Below, piece by piece: positions 48,746 to 63,079 of a stretch of 64,000 bases of DNA. Position 1 is the stretch's first letter, and every line of letters starts with the position of its first letter. This DNA is from Lama guanicoe. Lineage: Eukaryota. The position numbers and the translations under genes are program-made. The notes under the pieces are model-generated. The model saw only the letters and a list, made by a program, of their open reading frames with translations, was not told the origin of the DNA and did not search any database. The stretch is taken from contig MU055609.1 in NCBI GenBank assembly GCA_013239625.1, forward strand, positions 7,858,408 through 7,922,407, read 5' to 3'.

Positions 48746-50704
48746 AAAGGAAGAAAATGTCAAGTCCTTCAAACCAATCTGAAGCCACAGTATTAAAAAT
48801 GATTCCACCTCCTTCCCAGAGCCATCCTGCAGCCATCTCTCCTTGGTCACACATTGTTCCTACATAGAAGCCCAAGTGAATAAAAATCGCATTTTTTGAA
48901 ACAGTCTCTGGTTCAGTCTCCCGTTCACCTAAATCATCGTGTATTAGCAAGGTTACAATCTAAGTCTGCCTTATTGCCTGGCAGCAACCTTCACGAGGAC
49001 AGCAAGGAGAGAAGATGATTTATAAGAAAACTGTTCCCTGGATCAGGGAGTGAAAAGTACTGATCCGTTCTAAAAGCTCCTGCTGACAAATTCTGATATT
49101 ATGAACATTCTGCACTTGGACAAAAGCTCCCACTTTTCTTAATTACATGGTTTNNNNNNNNNNNNNNNNNNNNNNNNNNNNNNNNNNNNNNNNNNNNNNN
49201 NNNNNNNNNNNNNNNNNNNNNNNNNNNNNNNNNNNNNNNNNNNNNNNNNNNNNNNNNNNNNNNNNNNNNNNNNNNNNNNNNNNNNNNNNNNNNNNNNNNN
49301 NGCCACGCTTTTAGAGCTTCTCTCTCACTTTCCTGCATACGGAGATCCTTCTAATACATATTTATAAAAATCTCATGAACGAGAAGCAAAGAGGAGAGGG
49401 AAAAAAAATCACAAATACGAGGTATCAGAATATTTCTGTCTGCTTTGAGGCAAATACTTTATTATGGCAATGAACCACTAATATCCTCTATCCTCTACAT
49501 GGTGGATTTACTTTTATTTTATGAACTCTGCATCTTGTAATACATTGGGTCCCCTCTTTGTAACATTGCTAGGAAAATGAATGTCAAATCTGTAGTCCTC
49601 TATGTGTAGAGAAAAAGCATAGGACCTCAATGCAAACCTGATTTTTTTGAAGCACAATTACCTCTGAATTTATCTTATTTTTTAATTCTCTTAATTTTCC
49701 GTCATCTCAATTCCTCATTGCTATATTTTTTAAAAATCCCCTACCATATGCATTTTTTATGATTTGCCTCATAACAACAGAATTTTGGATTAGAACAGAG
49801 GATAAATAAGTTACTAGTTCTGTCTTTACAATCTTCTGTCTTTATCAAAATACACTTCTAAAATCTCACTAATTCACACTAACTAGGCAAGAGCGAAACC
49901 GGCATTTTAAAACTTGAGAAATAATAAGCCTTTTAACAACACACGACAAAGGTCCAAAATTATTACCTTTATACTAAAATTCAAACTGTGTAATATGTAA
50001 TTCTCAGATAAGGTGTTTTTAGGTCTAATTTAATATGCCACTAAGAACAATCTGGATATGACACATGTATATACAGTAAGTTTATTGAAAATAGTTTACT
50101 CCTTTGAGTAGGGTAACCATGGCCTTTGAAATCACAGAAACAAAGTAAATTTGCTTGGCAAACTCTTCCAACTCCTCATATATTCTTTTCATCACAGAAA
50201 TTTACCTTTTAAAAAAGTGAAAGGCTACCAAATATTTAGAATCAGCTGTTGTAAAATTAGTGCAACCTAAATTTTCCTTATTTAAAGGCATTTTTTTAAA
50301 GCAAGTTACATGTCACAATTGAATAATGATAATGTGGTGCTTCATTTGAACAGTCCCTCCCTACAACCGAAGTTAGCTTTTAAAAGAAGAAAAGCAGTTT
50401 AAAGGAACAAAGCCAAGCTCACTTCCTTAACCTTAATGAATTCCTTCGATGGGCCAGAAGCCATTATGTTAAATACTGGGATATGAAGGAAATAAAAGAG
50501 GTTCCTGCCTGCAAGGTAGTAAATAAATAAGTAAATAAGTAATTACTACATAATGTCATAAATGTGGTAATGGAGAAGCACATACAAAGTGCCTAGAAAA
50601 GTCCCTGCCTGGAACACGGCAAAGGCTCAATAAACGGAGATCCTGCCATAATGCTGGTTAAAAGTACTGTGGGTCACACAGGACTGTGTCCAGGCAAGCA
50701 GTTA

Positions 50705-50980
50705 CAGTGAACTCCATCCAATACCACCAACAGTTAACGCACAAGAAATCGTGCTAGGTGTCTCCACCTACATTACTTCACTTAATTCTCTCACAGCTTT
50801 GCAAAGTAGGTAATTGTCATTCCTCTCATTTACAGTTGAGAAAACTGGGACTTGAAGAAGCGAAGTCACTTTACACATGACAGAGAAATGAGGCTTCCGG
50901 CAGTGTTCACTGTCACTCAGTCGGAACCACAACTTGAACTCAAGTCTGAAATCAAATTCTGTGCCCTTTCCTAAGCCTCC
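50705..50980 (-). mobile_element. MIR SINE
   Basis: cacttaattctctcacagc...catttacagttgagaaaactgggacttg...cttgaactcaagtctg. Confidence 0.72.
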
Positions 50981-51139
50981 AAGTCTTGAGGAAAGAATTC
51001 CTATTGGCATAAAATACAACCCAGTAGTCTTAGAGAAAGAAAATGATCTAATCCAGTTAAAACAATTCTAGGATGTATATATGCTATTAGTCGGTAAATA
51101 TTGCCCAATAAATGGATGGAAGGGTCTTAATTCAAAATT

Positions 51140-51390
51140 CTGCACAGTATAATGGTAAGAGCATGAGGTTTGGAGTTGATCTGATCTGAGTTTGAAAACC
51201 AGCTCCAGCCTTGACCTTGTCTTAGCCACTTAAGACTCTCTGAGGTGCAATTTAAATTTACTCATCTGAAAAATGCGAACAATTTTCTGTCTGCCTTGTA
51301 GGGTTGCTGTGAAGACTGAAAATAGCAAATTTCAGGCTTTTGGCTCGGACCTCAGCACACAGTAAGCACTCAATACATGTTCATTCTTCT
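51140..51390 (+). mobile_element. MIR SINE
   Basis: cagtataatggtaagagcatgaggtttggagt...ctcatctgaaaaatg...gcacacagtaagcactcaatacatgtt. Confidence 0.8.
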
Positions 51391-52399
51391 TGTCCAAAAT
51401 GTAACATACTGAAAATATATGCCCATTAAAATGTGTTGCAGGTGGCAAAGTTGATTAATCTGACCGCTGGTAAGATTTATCCTTGGAATTTAATTTCTGA
51501 AATAGAAAAGAACACTTAAAAACGGTACTACTCATCATCTATGTCAATAGCTATTTCCATTTTCAAAATGCTTCACAAACAGTAACTAATAAGTTCTCAC
51601 AATAATACCAGTCAGAAAAACATAATGCAAAGGGGGAAGAGATTAAGTGAACTTTAAAAAATGAATAATGAAAGCAGCATTTTTAACACTTATAAACACA
51701 ATTTCTGGTACACTCTACCCTTTAAAAAAAACTCTACTGTGAATGGGTTAAAGTTAGACACTTCAAATGCAATAAGCACAGTCATTAGGGTTCGTGATTA
51801 CTTGAAACGAAAACCCTCTTGTTTTCAAGGGATATTTCAGGGAACTGCCACAGTATGCTCCGTATACTGAACGCGGTCAGGGTGGAAGAGCAGGGGTTGT
51901 TCTTGGCCCACCCTCACTTGGACTGCTCCTTCCTTCCTGTGGACCCCAAGGGGCAGCTACACGGACCAAGTGCACTTCTGGAGGCCTTTCTAGGGCTCTG
52001 TCAGAAAGATGTGATGGCGAGTGCAGAGAGGGATGACACAGAGAGTGTCATCTCCCTGCAGCAACCAGACGAACCTGCACAAAGCCCTGGAAAGAATTCA
52101 TTAAATCACATGCTAGACTCAGGGGAGTTGTAAGCACATTCACACCCAACACCCCGTTTATCTCCATGAAGACCCTGAGAGATGGATGGGATTGTCTCCC
52201 CTCCCCCATTACTTGCATTTTACAGGGAGCAAACTAAGAGTTAAGGAACAATCGGAGGATACAGTGACAAGCTCCTGTTCACAAGCTGCAGCGGTGGGAT
52301 CTGAGCTGAGGTCTTCCAGTTACTAACTCCCATTTTCCTCCCTTACCCACCACAACCGCAGTAAGCTCTCGGAAAGCGCACTCTGGGCAGCACTGTTCT

Positions 52400-52725
52400 G
52401 CAGCCAGCAATGAGAAACCAGAGCACAGCGTACTCTGTCCCGAGCCATACTCTGCAAAGCACTCCTGTTGGCCCGGAAAGCCCTCCTCTCTCAGCATCAG
52501 GCCTTACATGGCCTTCCCTACTCTCCTCTCCCCACTCGCGGCTCCCACCTCCATGCCTCGTGCACACGTCCATCACAGACATTTACCACACAGCATCGAG
52601 GCTCTCCATCTGCCTGTCTCTGTCTCTGGACTGCGAGCTCCTTGAGGTCAGGGACCGTGTTTGCTCATGTGTAATCTCAGGGTCCAGCCCCAGGCTTTGC
52701 TGGAAGAGCAGATGAGTGAATGGAT
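52400..52725 (+). mobile_element. L2 3' fragment
   Basis: ctggactgcgagctccttgaggtcagggaccgtgt...gatgagtgaatggatgg. Confidence 0.7.
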
Positions 52726-53314
52726 GGCTCTCTGGGGCGCGCACCTGCTCTCCACAGCTCAACCTGCTTTCCTTGCTCTGCGCCCCACCATTCCGCTCTT
52801 ATCATAAACCTCTCCCGACTCTCTCTCACTCCTCTTCAAAACCAATTTAAAACTAGGGCACTTTCATGTTTTAAAGCTATCTGTGCTTACATTATTGTTT
52901 CTCTCAACTTCTTTCAAACTATCTCAAAAGACTGTATTTTTAAGGCCAGGGGTCTTCCATTTTCTGGGCAAGGCCATCATTACAGCCTCTGTTTCTTTTT
53001 CACCTCCATATTCCTTCGACCTCTGATCTCCTCTGTCTCAGGCCTAAACTATTTCATTTTCACTTTGGGTTTGAATCTAGCTAAAATCTGGAGATTAAGA
53101 GCCCACAGAACATTTCTACCTGTGAGAGTTTCTACAATCACATAAGCCAAAGCCAAAACCACGGCCCTTGATATTTTGCTGCAATAACTATCAAAACTGG
53201 GCATGCCTGGCATGTTATTCTCTTTTTAGACAAACGAGTGAGTACATTATCATGTAACTACTTCTACATCCATTCAATTCAAATCAATTCAAACACTTAT
53301 TAAATATTGATTGC

Positions 53315-53480
53315 ATAGCACAGTAGTTAAGAACACAGGCACTAGAGCCTGAATGCCTAGGTTCAAATCCCTGTTCAGCTGGGTGACCTTGGGCATGTTA
53401 CTTAACAGTTCTATGTCTCAGTTTTCTCAGTGTTGATAGGGTTCATAGGAATGTGGCAAAATAATAAATATTTTATTACT
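53315..53480 (+). mobile_element. MIR SINE
   Basis: atagcacagtagttaagaacacaggcactagagcc...gcctaggttcaaatccc...gtgaccttgggcatgttacttaac. Confidence 0.85.
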
Positions 53481-55019
53481 GTTAGGTAACTGAGTTCCAA
53501 GGCATTTGATACCCGCCTTCTAGGAATTCAGGTCTTGGGAGGCGGTTAGTAGATGGTCTGTAAACAAAGCTCCAAAATGCAGTAAGGCAAGTGCCACATT
53601 GTGAATGCCTTCTGTGGTATGTTCCTTCCATGTCTGTCCCTTCCCCGTCTTTGTATGTGTGCTCCCGCTCTCCCCACTAAAATGGTTCTCCCGCCACCAT
53701 CTAAATAGCCTCACCATTTTGCAAAGTTCAGTTGAAGCCAGTCTCCCACCCACACAACCTTGGGCACCTCCTCTCTCTGCGCTGTCGTGACACTCACCAC
53801 CCTGCATTTAGTCACGGTCTACCTGCCTGTCTCGCCACAGACTGGAAGCTCGTTGAGAGCGGGGCCAGAATTCTGGGTGACTTCCTGCTCCCAACATGCA
53901 GTACACAGAGTTTAACCAAAGTCTGTCGCGTGACTCCGTTATCAGCGGCAGAGGCAGGGTGCTCGGAGGGTTTAGAGGGAGAGAGCACGAGGACGTTGGA
54001 AAAGACTTCCTTTTTCCCAATCCACCAGGCTCTGCAGCGAGCCGAGAAAACCAAAGCAGGAACGTGTGGGTCTATATTTAAGATCATTTTCTAAAGCCTC
54101 TTCTTCACTCTTCTTGCTCTGTTTATTTTAGACGAGTCAGGTATCAAGATCATAACAAATGTGAACTAATGGCTGAGGGGGTCAAATAAATTCTCCGAGA
54201 ATCACAATACTAACATGCCACTAACCACAAGAGGAAGAACATATTTAGGGCTTCATCCATTGCTCTGCACAAAAGTTGTGCTATCAGATGCTCGGACAAA
54301 TGTTTTTCTGCTCTTAAAAGTGTTTAATGGAGAATTTGTATAATTGGAGTAATTTTAAGTCTACACATTGCTAACAAAAACAAAGGAGCTTTGAGATGAG
54401 AATAAACTATATCTCTCTTTTTGTTAATCTTAAAATTTTGATCTAATTTTATGCAATACAGAAGGGAGAGAGAAGATAAAAATATACAGAAGTTTATACC
54501 TATATTTTAAAACTAATTATTTCCAGTTGCTGAGCATCAAGTAAGATTTATTTTCAATTCCAGTTAGTACAGGAGCCTTTGCCTGAATAATTTTGACCTA
54601 TGAAAATACACACTCAGAAATAAGTACTCTAACTTAAAACTGGAAAGTAGCAGACTCAAGAACTGAACTCAGGATTTTGGACTCCAAAGCTCTTTTACCA
54701 AGTGCCTTTTTCCCCAGAGCCTCAGGCCTCTAAGGGTCTGTGACCCCAGAAGGATGTAAGCTAGCACAGCTCTGTGACACAGACTGCTGTTCCAGTCTCT
54801 AACACACCGTACGGAGCAAATCAAATCTTCCTCTGGCTCCACAATCCTTTTGGGATGATACATACTTGGTTTTGAGGTTACCTGCTTTTCTTTTTGAAGA
54901 CTAGGCAATGGGAAGTAGCTCACATATTTCAGTCTAAATCTTTCCCTGTGAGCCCTGCAATAAATGACCAATATATAAAATGCACACTCTAAGGGGACTG
55001 AACTTAAAATATATATATA

Positions 55020-55260
55020 CCTTTTATTAAAAGCCTAGTACAAAGCCAGGCCCTGAACCAGGCATATGTAAAGATACATATGCTAACAATTAATCCTCTG
55101 AACAAGCCTTTGAAGTAGGTATTATTAGCTCCATTTTAATGACAATAAAACTGAGGCTCAGATAGGTTAGCGACTTTACAAGACCCACGGGAAGTGAAAA
55201 AAAAAAACAAAACCCCTCGATTTCTCTGACTCCAAAGCTCATGCTCTTAACCATTACAAC
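55020..55260 (-). mobile_element. MIR SINE
   Basis: gtaggtattattagctccatttta...aaactgaggctcagataggttag...tctgactccaaagctcatgctcttaacca. Confidence 0.85.
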
Positions 55261-55769
55261 AGTCTCATGAACATGAAGAATCCTATGACAGTGCAATGAC
55301 TACTGCACTTTCTAGGTCCAGGCTCCTGCAAATTATTATTAGATCTTACAAAATTACTTGACAGAACATCCCAGCTGACCCTGACTGTAGCTGAATGATT
55401 GGCCAAAACTTCCTTCTGAACTTCTTGGGATGTTTATTCCATTTTCCAGCCGCAACTATAGGGAAATAGAGTGGAGCCTCTCCCCCATGGCCTGGAGACC
55501 CCTGGCCTATTTATGAATTCTCTATGTTGGGTTCTCCTGAGTCCCAGTCATTTAATTTCCTGACATTCCGGGGATGACCATCCCGCACTGGGTGCAGGTG
55601 AGGCAAGCCTATCACCCCAAGAGTTAGCTGTTGGACATATAAAGCCCAGCCTTTCAGAGCAGGGCACGAACTGCTCCACCTCACCAAGCAGAAGCAAGAC
55701 ATTGGCTGAACGACTGTGGCCTCACTGTATGTGCCACTCTCAAACCCATTATCTCATTGTATTTTTTAG

Positions 55770-55978
55770 GTAGCATTCCATTATGTGAAATTATAAAGTA
55801 TCACACAATACATATTACCTACTAATGGCCACTCATTTGTTTACTCTGTGGTCTGTCTTCCCCCTCTAAAATGGAAGCTCCATAAGGGCAGGGACTTGTC
55901 TTAGTCACCACTGGATCTCCAGCACCTAGAACAGCGCCTGGCATACAGTAGGCACTCAATAAATATTTGAATAGTTGG
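55770..55978 (+). mobile_element. L2a-type 3' terminus (well preserved)
   Basis: aatggaagctccataagggcagggac...tctccagcacctagaacagcgcctggcatacagtaggcactcaataaatatttg. Confidence 0.88.
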
Positions 55979-55989
55979 ATACAAATTAA

Positions 55990-56500
55990 TATTGTATGAT
56001 AATAATAATGATGATGATCATTAGCAATTTATATGACAAGCACTGTTTTCAGTCCTTCATATATATTGGTCCATCAAATCCTCACAAGAACCCTAGTTTA
56101 CAGATGAAGGAATTGAGGCATAGGGAGGGGAAGTGATTTTTCCAGTCACAACTGGTAAAGCCAGGATTTGAAACTTGGCAATCTTGATGGAAAGTCCCTA
56201 TTGATAACCACTAGGCTAAATGCCTCTTATTAGTCCCTACCTTTTTAGAGGCGAGCAATAGAAAATGGGAGACAGAACATAGGCTTTGGAATCAAACAGA
56301 CTAGGCTTGAAATCTCTCTCATGTCTGACATTTCCTAGCCATGTGACTTTGTGTAAGTTATGTAAGCTGCATGGTGCTCTTTCTTCTAAATGGGAATAAA
56401 GATATCTGCTTCCTAGAGTTGTTGTGAAGTTTAATGAGATAACCTCAGTAAAGTTCTTTTTGCAAAGCCTGACACATACACTATAAAGGGCTGCTATTAT
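55990..56500. mobile_element. Inverted MIR pair (- 55990-56230, + 56260-56500)
   Basis: tttacagatgaaggaattgaggcataggg...ccaggatttgaa; ggctttggaatcaaacagact...tgtgactttgtgtaagtta. Confidence 0.75.
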
Positions 56501-56799
56501 TTTGATATATCATTGCTAACTGCATGGTACTGAGAGCAAGCAACATAAAGGAGTCTACAAGAAAGAAGAATTACTGAGGAATCACAGGTGAGTCATGGTG
56601 ATCAGGAAAAGCTTCATGTAAACAGACACACTGAAGATCTTGAACTTAAAGTTACAGAATTGTGGCTGGTGAGCAAAAGTACTGTCAAAACGAGTCTTCA
56701 TGACACGGGGGCTTTGGGTCCAACACCCCTCTCGTAGGCTATAGGTTAACAGGGCACCTAGTAAGAACCCATTTGTGGACAATCTAACTGACATTCAGC

Positions 56800-57250
56800 T
56801 ACATCATTTAGTTAACAATTACTGAGCCAGGCACAGAGCCAGGCACAGAGCCAGGCACAGAGGTAAACCCAGTCTTGACTGCTGAGGTGATGGTGAAACA
56901 GAGACAATTCAACAACTGATTATGCAACGTGGAAGACCAACAATAGAAGGACGTCGGCAATGCTAACAGAGGGGGCTTAAGCCAGCATCAGTCAGGCAAT
57001 CTTCCCTGGGTGAGAAGTCATCTCTCATTCGTCTCATGAAGTCAAGTGAAGAAAAGCAGAGGGATGCTCGAGACCAAGGGATCTGTTTGGGCACAGGTAC
57101 AGAACAACACGGTCCGGTTCCACAGTGGAGGATGAACGGAAGGCAGAGAGCTGCAGGGTGGGAGGCTGGAAACGAGGGCAGGGGCCAGGCCATGGAGGGT
57201 CTCCTGGGCCTGGGGAAGGTGGCTAGGCTTGGTCCCAAGCCACAAATCTA
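56800..57250 (-). mobile_element. L2 fragment containing a 12-bp x 3 tandem repeat (gagccaggcaca, 56824-56862)
   Basis: aacaatttactgagccaggcac...tcaggcaatcttccctgg...ggcaggggccaggccatggagggtct. Confidence 0.7.
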
Positions 57251-57899
57251 TTAAGTAGTCATCTCCTTGATCATATCTCAACTGTGTGCCCACAGCAATG
57301 CACTGGATCCCCATGAAATACAAACAAAACAGCAGTGAGAAAAAGAATACATTACTTTTTTTTTTAGGCTTGTGGCCAAATTTTCTTTGGGGCCCTATTT
57401 TCTTCCTGAATAGATCACAAGCATTTTTAGCACTACTGTAGTTTATCACCACCTCATGATGCTGTTCCCCTTTTGTATTCTCAAGTCATTTTAAACTCAG
57501 CTCTGCTCAGCAAATGATACTCTCCCTTCCCCAGCACAGTACCCTGAACAGCTTGGTAAATATTTGCTGAATTGGGCTGGATTCACTGAGTGACAACTAC
57601 ATAAGGTAGCACTGTACCACCGGGCAAGTCTGGGTCCCAGGGGGACGAGGGGATAAAAAGATGAATATCACAGCACCTTCATCCTCAATAAAGTTGAACT
57701 TTTAATGATGCAGATGAGGCATGCATGACCATGATACGCACACCCCAAGCAGACTGCTGGGCACTGCGTCCTTCTGGCGGTGGGAGCCTGAATACACTCT
57801 CACCAGACACTCAGCTCCTGGAGGGCAGGGGCTACGTCTCCGTTATTACTAGATCCGCAGAGACCACCAAACAGTAAGTGCTTAGTAAGTATTTATCAA

Positions 57900-58020
57900 A
57901 TGGGTCTATTTAATCCTCACAAGAACCCTGAGAGGGATAAATCATTTTAGAAATGTGGAAACTGAGGCTCAGAGAGGTAAAGTGACTTGCTTGAGGTTAT
58001 AAGGTTAGTAAGTGATGTAG
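57900..58020 (-). mobile_element. MIR SINE
   Basis: tttaatcctcacaagaaccctgagag...ggaaactgaggctcagagaggtaaagtgacttgc. Confidence 0.88.
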
Positions 58021-58629
58021 AAACAACAACAACAGCAGCAGTAATTATTAGTTTTCATTCGAAGGAAGCCTGCCCTCCATTTCTCATTCTCCAAATGTCT
58101 CTGCCACGGGATTCTCTTTTCACACTAAGATGAAAAAGATTCCTTCCACCTAAATGAAACTCGAAGTTTCTAGTTTGAGTTCTTGAACTCGGGTTGGCTT
58201 TTCCCTGCTGCCGTTCTAGGAGTTCCAAAAGGCACCGAATGACTTTAGGACAGATGGATCTGCCACACTGCAGGTAAAGACACTCTCTAGCACAAAGGTT
58301 CCCCAATCCTCTCACACTCTCTCCCCAGTCACCAGGTAAGAATTAATCCAATTTCAATTCAATGTAATAAATCTTTATTGAATACCTACCATGTGCCAGG
58401 CACCTTTCCCAGTACTTACAAAATAAAATACTTAGTAAGAGTCTTTGTGCCTGTCCTCTTGTGATTAAATCAAATCATACCCACTTTCATGCACAGAGAA
58501 TTCTCAAGGGCAGCTAGTAAACAGTCAAGGGCAGGGACAAACTGACCTGTCTATCTTTGCTGAGGAGTACAGTACTAACACAGAGTCGGCGTCTTCATAT
58601 ATCTTCATGGAACTGAATAGATCTTTAAA

Positions 58630-58860
58630 CTTTTGCTCTGAAAGCAGACAGACTTGCTTCAAATCAAATCTTGGCCAAATCAATTATTGGTTATATAAGC
58701 TTAATTTACCTTTCAAAAATCTCAGTTAGCTCACCCATAAAACAGGAAAATTAACATTTACCTTTTAAGGTTGTTCTCAGGATTAAGAGGGATGCTCTGT
58801 GTAAGGCATAGTGCCTGAGTCATAGTAAGAACTCAAGAAATGAAAGCTAATTTTATTATT
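58630..58860 (+). mobile_element. MIR SINE
   Basis: ctcagttagctcacccataaaacagg...aggttgttctcaggattaa...catagtaaagaactcaagaaatg. Confidence 0.7.
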
Positions 58861-59181
58861 TCTAGCGTCACCTCTAGGTCACCTCCATTACTTATTATTG
58901 TCATTATCATTATTACTTTGAAGGTTCAGCTAAACAGCACAACCAAAGAATGAGATTTGCTAGCTAATAAATATTTTGATTAATAAAAAGCTCAAACATA
59001 CACCATGCAGACATTAATTTCCAAAGATTTAGGATACAATATTCCACATTAAATTTAAAATAATCAGAAGTCATCCTTTCTTTAATAATTTGGAAGATAT
59101 TAAAGAACTTGCATTGCATAGCTCTGAAAAAAGTTGACTGTTATTTCCTTTGGATAATTAAGAGCTCTTTATTATCTAGAA

Positions 59182-59405
59182 CAATGTTTCTCAAACGTTA
59201 CTAACCATGATCTAACAGAGTAAAAAAAAAGTAAGAAATATATTGAACACAAGAACTTCATACATATCACAACTTAGTAACTGAAGCAAAAGTTTCATGA
59301 AATAATACTTACTCTTACTAAGAACCAGCCATTAAAGTTTTCTTTTCTATTTCATTTATTGTTTTAATTTTTTAAAATTCTGGTCAAGACCCAGTAAAAT
59401 AATTG
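59182..59405 (+). mobile_element. hAT-Charlie DNA transposon (MER112-like)
   Basis: caatgtttctcaaac...agtaagaaata...taactgaagcaaaagtttcatgaaataatacttactcttacta...ctggtcaagacccagtaaa. Confidence 0.65.
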
Positions 59406-60179
59406 TAGGCAAAACTAGAACCTAGTAATTCACTAACATTGTTACCCTGTCTGTTCAAGTGTACCAAGGATATAATGTAACTGATCCTCTCTCATCAAGC
59501 TATGAAGTTGTATTAATTCTATTTTACAAATTAAGAAATTGAAATTCAGAAAGGTTAAGTGACTTAGACTAAATAGACTCACAAACTGATGACACAAACC
59601 CCAAATCTACAAGTTTTCTAACTCTGCAGTTCAGGCCTTTCAAAAAAAATTATAACTCAATTCAATAAACATGTATTGTACCTACCATGTGCCCAACCTT
59701 AAAATAAGAAAGCATTTGACATGATCTCCACCCTCCAGGGCTCACAGTACATGAACTTAGAAGTCTTAAGTGGGTATTTTTCTATTCTGGAGGAAATAAT
59801 TTTATTCCCAAATCACCACCATCCTCTCTCTGGCCACAGATTATCCCATAAAACGAGCACTGGTACCTTTTGGTTAAAGAATGCAGTGAATTCCTCTAAT
59901 GGCACATTTCTTTAGGATCTGAAATAAAGCTGCTATTTTCCTTCCTACTGTTTTTTGGCATTGTAACCCTACCAGCAATATTCAGTGCGACGGTACCAAT
60001 GAGCATCACCATTATAATATCACACCATGACCAGACAATGCTTTAATGCCGATTTGCTCTAAATAACCAATATCTAATTTAGGAGCATCCTTATGGTGAC
60101 TTCAACTTCTGAGAAACCGTGACTCAATAAAGACAGGTCTCGACCCTGCTAAACAATCAGGAAACTACAGTCCTCTGAT

Positions 60180-60540
60180 CTAAGACATGCCCTAGCTACC
60201 AATTCAAATAAAGTCAAAACCAAGTCAAACTATCCTAAAACTTCCTAAAACATAGCTTTTACCTGTCTTTCTAGCTTTATCATTACACATCTTAGCAGCA
60301 CTCACACCAGACTACTGATCATTCCTTAAGCAAGTTGCCATCTCTGTGCCTTTATTCATATTTTCCCTCCACATGGAAGTCCCTTTTCTCCTAATTTTTC
60401 TGCCTATCCATTTTTCCTGGTTTCACTCAAATGGCATTTCCTCTACGAAGCCTTGTCTCCTTCCTCCAACAACAATGAATGTCTCCTTCTTCCTTATATT
60501 GTACCTCCTCTCCTGAGATAATTTTCACACTCTGTCATTG
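60180..60540 (+). mobile_element. L2 fragment
   Basis: tctctgtgcctttattcatattttccctccacatggaagtccctt...ctcaaatggcatttcctctacgaagcctt. Confidence 0.65.
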
Positions 60541-61780
60541 TCCTAATCCACTATATTAGAGCATGTTTTAAATACTATGACATTCCAGGAGGCACCTAGA
60601 ATGTGGTTTATATGCTAGACACATGCAATTGTATTTGCTAATTCCACATTGAAAAACTTGATCTAGAAAAGGAATTGTTCCCCCTCCCAGAGAAGTAAAC
60701 TTTGGCCAAGCTGGATGTATTTCAAACACTTTGGATCTGGGACTTCTAATATTGCTAAACGTGTAAACTAAGGCAGGTGGCTGAGCTTTATTTTCTATAA
60801 AAAAAAGGGTTAACATGCCTGCCCTAACTACGTTAAAAAGATGGAACTGACACCATAGAGTCAAAATTCTATAATATTAAATAAATATGAGAAATGGTCT
60901 CCATGGTCACAGATCCATTACAGCAGAACTGTACTAGGAACAGCTGAACCTTAAGAAATGCAAACTTGCTCCGCTGTTCTTGAACAACCGCTAAGTTCAG
61001 GAGGAGTACTGTCAAGATTATCCCAACTGCGTGCCCGTGTCTCCAAAGTTCACCTGCTTCAGAGTTCTTACTAAAGCTCTTCTAAGCTAGAAATCTTCCA
61101 GCAGATAACCTTAAACCAGAGATATAAAGCAAGAAGAAACTGAGAGTCAAATATTGGCTTAAATATGGGTCACTTAAAAAAATAATGCAAATATTTATCT
61201 GGCAAGGAGATCCTAAGAATATCTACCTGCCCCTCCCCTACCCATTCACCTGCTCAAATCACTCACCCAATCATTTCTTTTTGGTCTTTCATTAATAGGT
61301 ATGAGATTTTCTAGGCCAAAATATGCAGAAACATCTTCTATTCCACCTTTCTCAAATTCAAATCCCTTTCTTCCACAGATACATTTCTGCCCATATAAAC
61401 ACATTCTAAAAAATCAACCAAATTCTTCCAGAGAGCTTGCACATCGCATACAAGGCTGCTCACAAAATCTTTAGAAGGACCTTGGTGAAGCCTTGAAACA
61501 GATACATGTGGAAAAAGAAAAGTTCAGTTGTCTGTCTGTTTTACAATAAGGGTCTTTTTCATAAAAACATCAGGCCTATAAAATGGCACTTGGGGATCAG
61601 ATCAATTTATAATCCCTTCCCCTAATTTTAAGGGTTAAATTGAAGGAAAGAAAATTACTCCCTTCACATCCTTCCTGTGATCATATGAAGTGGAATTCAA
61701 AATCCATGACATTACAACAGTGTTCTAAGGTTATGTTTTCAGTTTACGTCTTGAGTCCCCTGAAGGGACTACCTGTATTC

Positions 61781-62005
61781 TTTCTTTGTTTTTTTATTGA
61801 AGTATAGTCAGTTTACAATGTTGTGTCAATTTCTGATGTACAGCATAACAGTTCAGTCACACACATACATACATATACTCATTTTTGTATTCTTTTTCAT
61901 TATAGGTTACTATAAGACATTGAATATAGTTCCCTGTGCTATACAGTAGGAACTTGTTGTTTATCTATTTTATACATAGTAGTTAGTATCTGCAAATCCC
62001 CAACT
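61781..62005 (-). mobile_element. Young 5'-truncated L1 3' end (cetartiodactyl/camelid type)
   Basis: tttttattgaagtatagtcagtttacaatgttgtgtcaatttctg...ttgaatatagttccctgtgctatacagtagg...tatctgcaaatccc. Confidence 0.88.
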
Positions 62006-62559
62006 TGTGTTAATCCTCACTGGTGACAGCAACAGGTTCCAATTTAAAACAATTTGTAAATTTATTTAACGTGCCTATTTATCTCCCCCTTCAGAGTCTT
62101 GGGAAAATGTATAAAATTAGGCGTGGCCTAACACCAGTCCTGACACCACCCACTACCACTTCCCAAGTGTGTGTGATCAACAACTCAAGGCCTTTGGGGT
62201 GATTTTCCTCCTTTCTCTTTTTTTCCCCTTCAACTGGGAGGCTAATAAATTCAGGGCCAGCCTTCTGCTCCCATCTCCCACTCTTCTTCAGTCAATATGA
62301 TCAGTTCTAGAGCTGCTTACACTGCCACAGCCATCCATCATCCTGCCTCACTGAGCAGGAGAAGGAAAACTGATGGCAAGTTAGAAAAATCTCATTAAGC
62401 CACTTTTTGCCTCAACCTCTTCCCCCTCCTTGAGAAATAGACCTTCAAAATCAGCCTATTGGGAAACAAGAGGGATAGCGAAAAAAAAGCTGATGTGGTG
62501 AAGAGGGAAAAACAGGTCCAAAGTAAGTTGGTTTCTGGGCCAAATTTAAATTACTCATC

Positions 62560-62632
62560 TTTCCTTCCTTCCTTCCATCCTTCCATCCATCCTTCCTTCC
62601 TTCCTTCTTTCCTCCCTCCCTCCCTTCCTTCC
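62560..62632 (+). repeat. (CCTT)n/(CCAT)n/(CCCT)n compound microsatellite
   Basis: Direct read. Confidence 0.92.
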
Positions 62633-63079
62633 TATTTTAGATAGCAAAGATGAGACCATGTCAATTGACATTAACTTCTTTTGATTTTCTTTTTGGTGGA
62701 GTTCTGAATTTCCTAACAGACTCTTTCATGAAATGGATAAAACAGCACCAATTAAAATTAATTTTATGTTCACCCTTTTTTCTAATGACTAAACCCCAAG
62801 TTAATTCTAATTCCAAAGAAGATCACAGATGTACCTTGCAAAACCGTAGAATACAGAAAACTGAATAAAGCCACACAATTCCAGGGAATAACTTGAGGGC
62901 TTGACTGTGTGTCAAACACAACCCTCCCAGCCCCATGAGTTCTGGGGGGAGGATGGAGACTGTGAGGGTAGCATACGATGTCACTTCTTCCCAGGACACC
63001 TGGCACGGATAGAATGACTGACAGATTGAAAGAGAGCTAACGTCCTCTAAGCACCTTTAATTTTCAGATCATGTGCGTA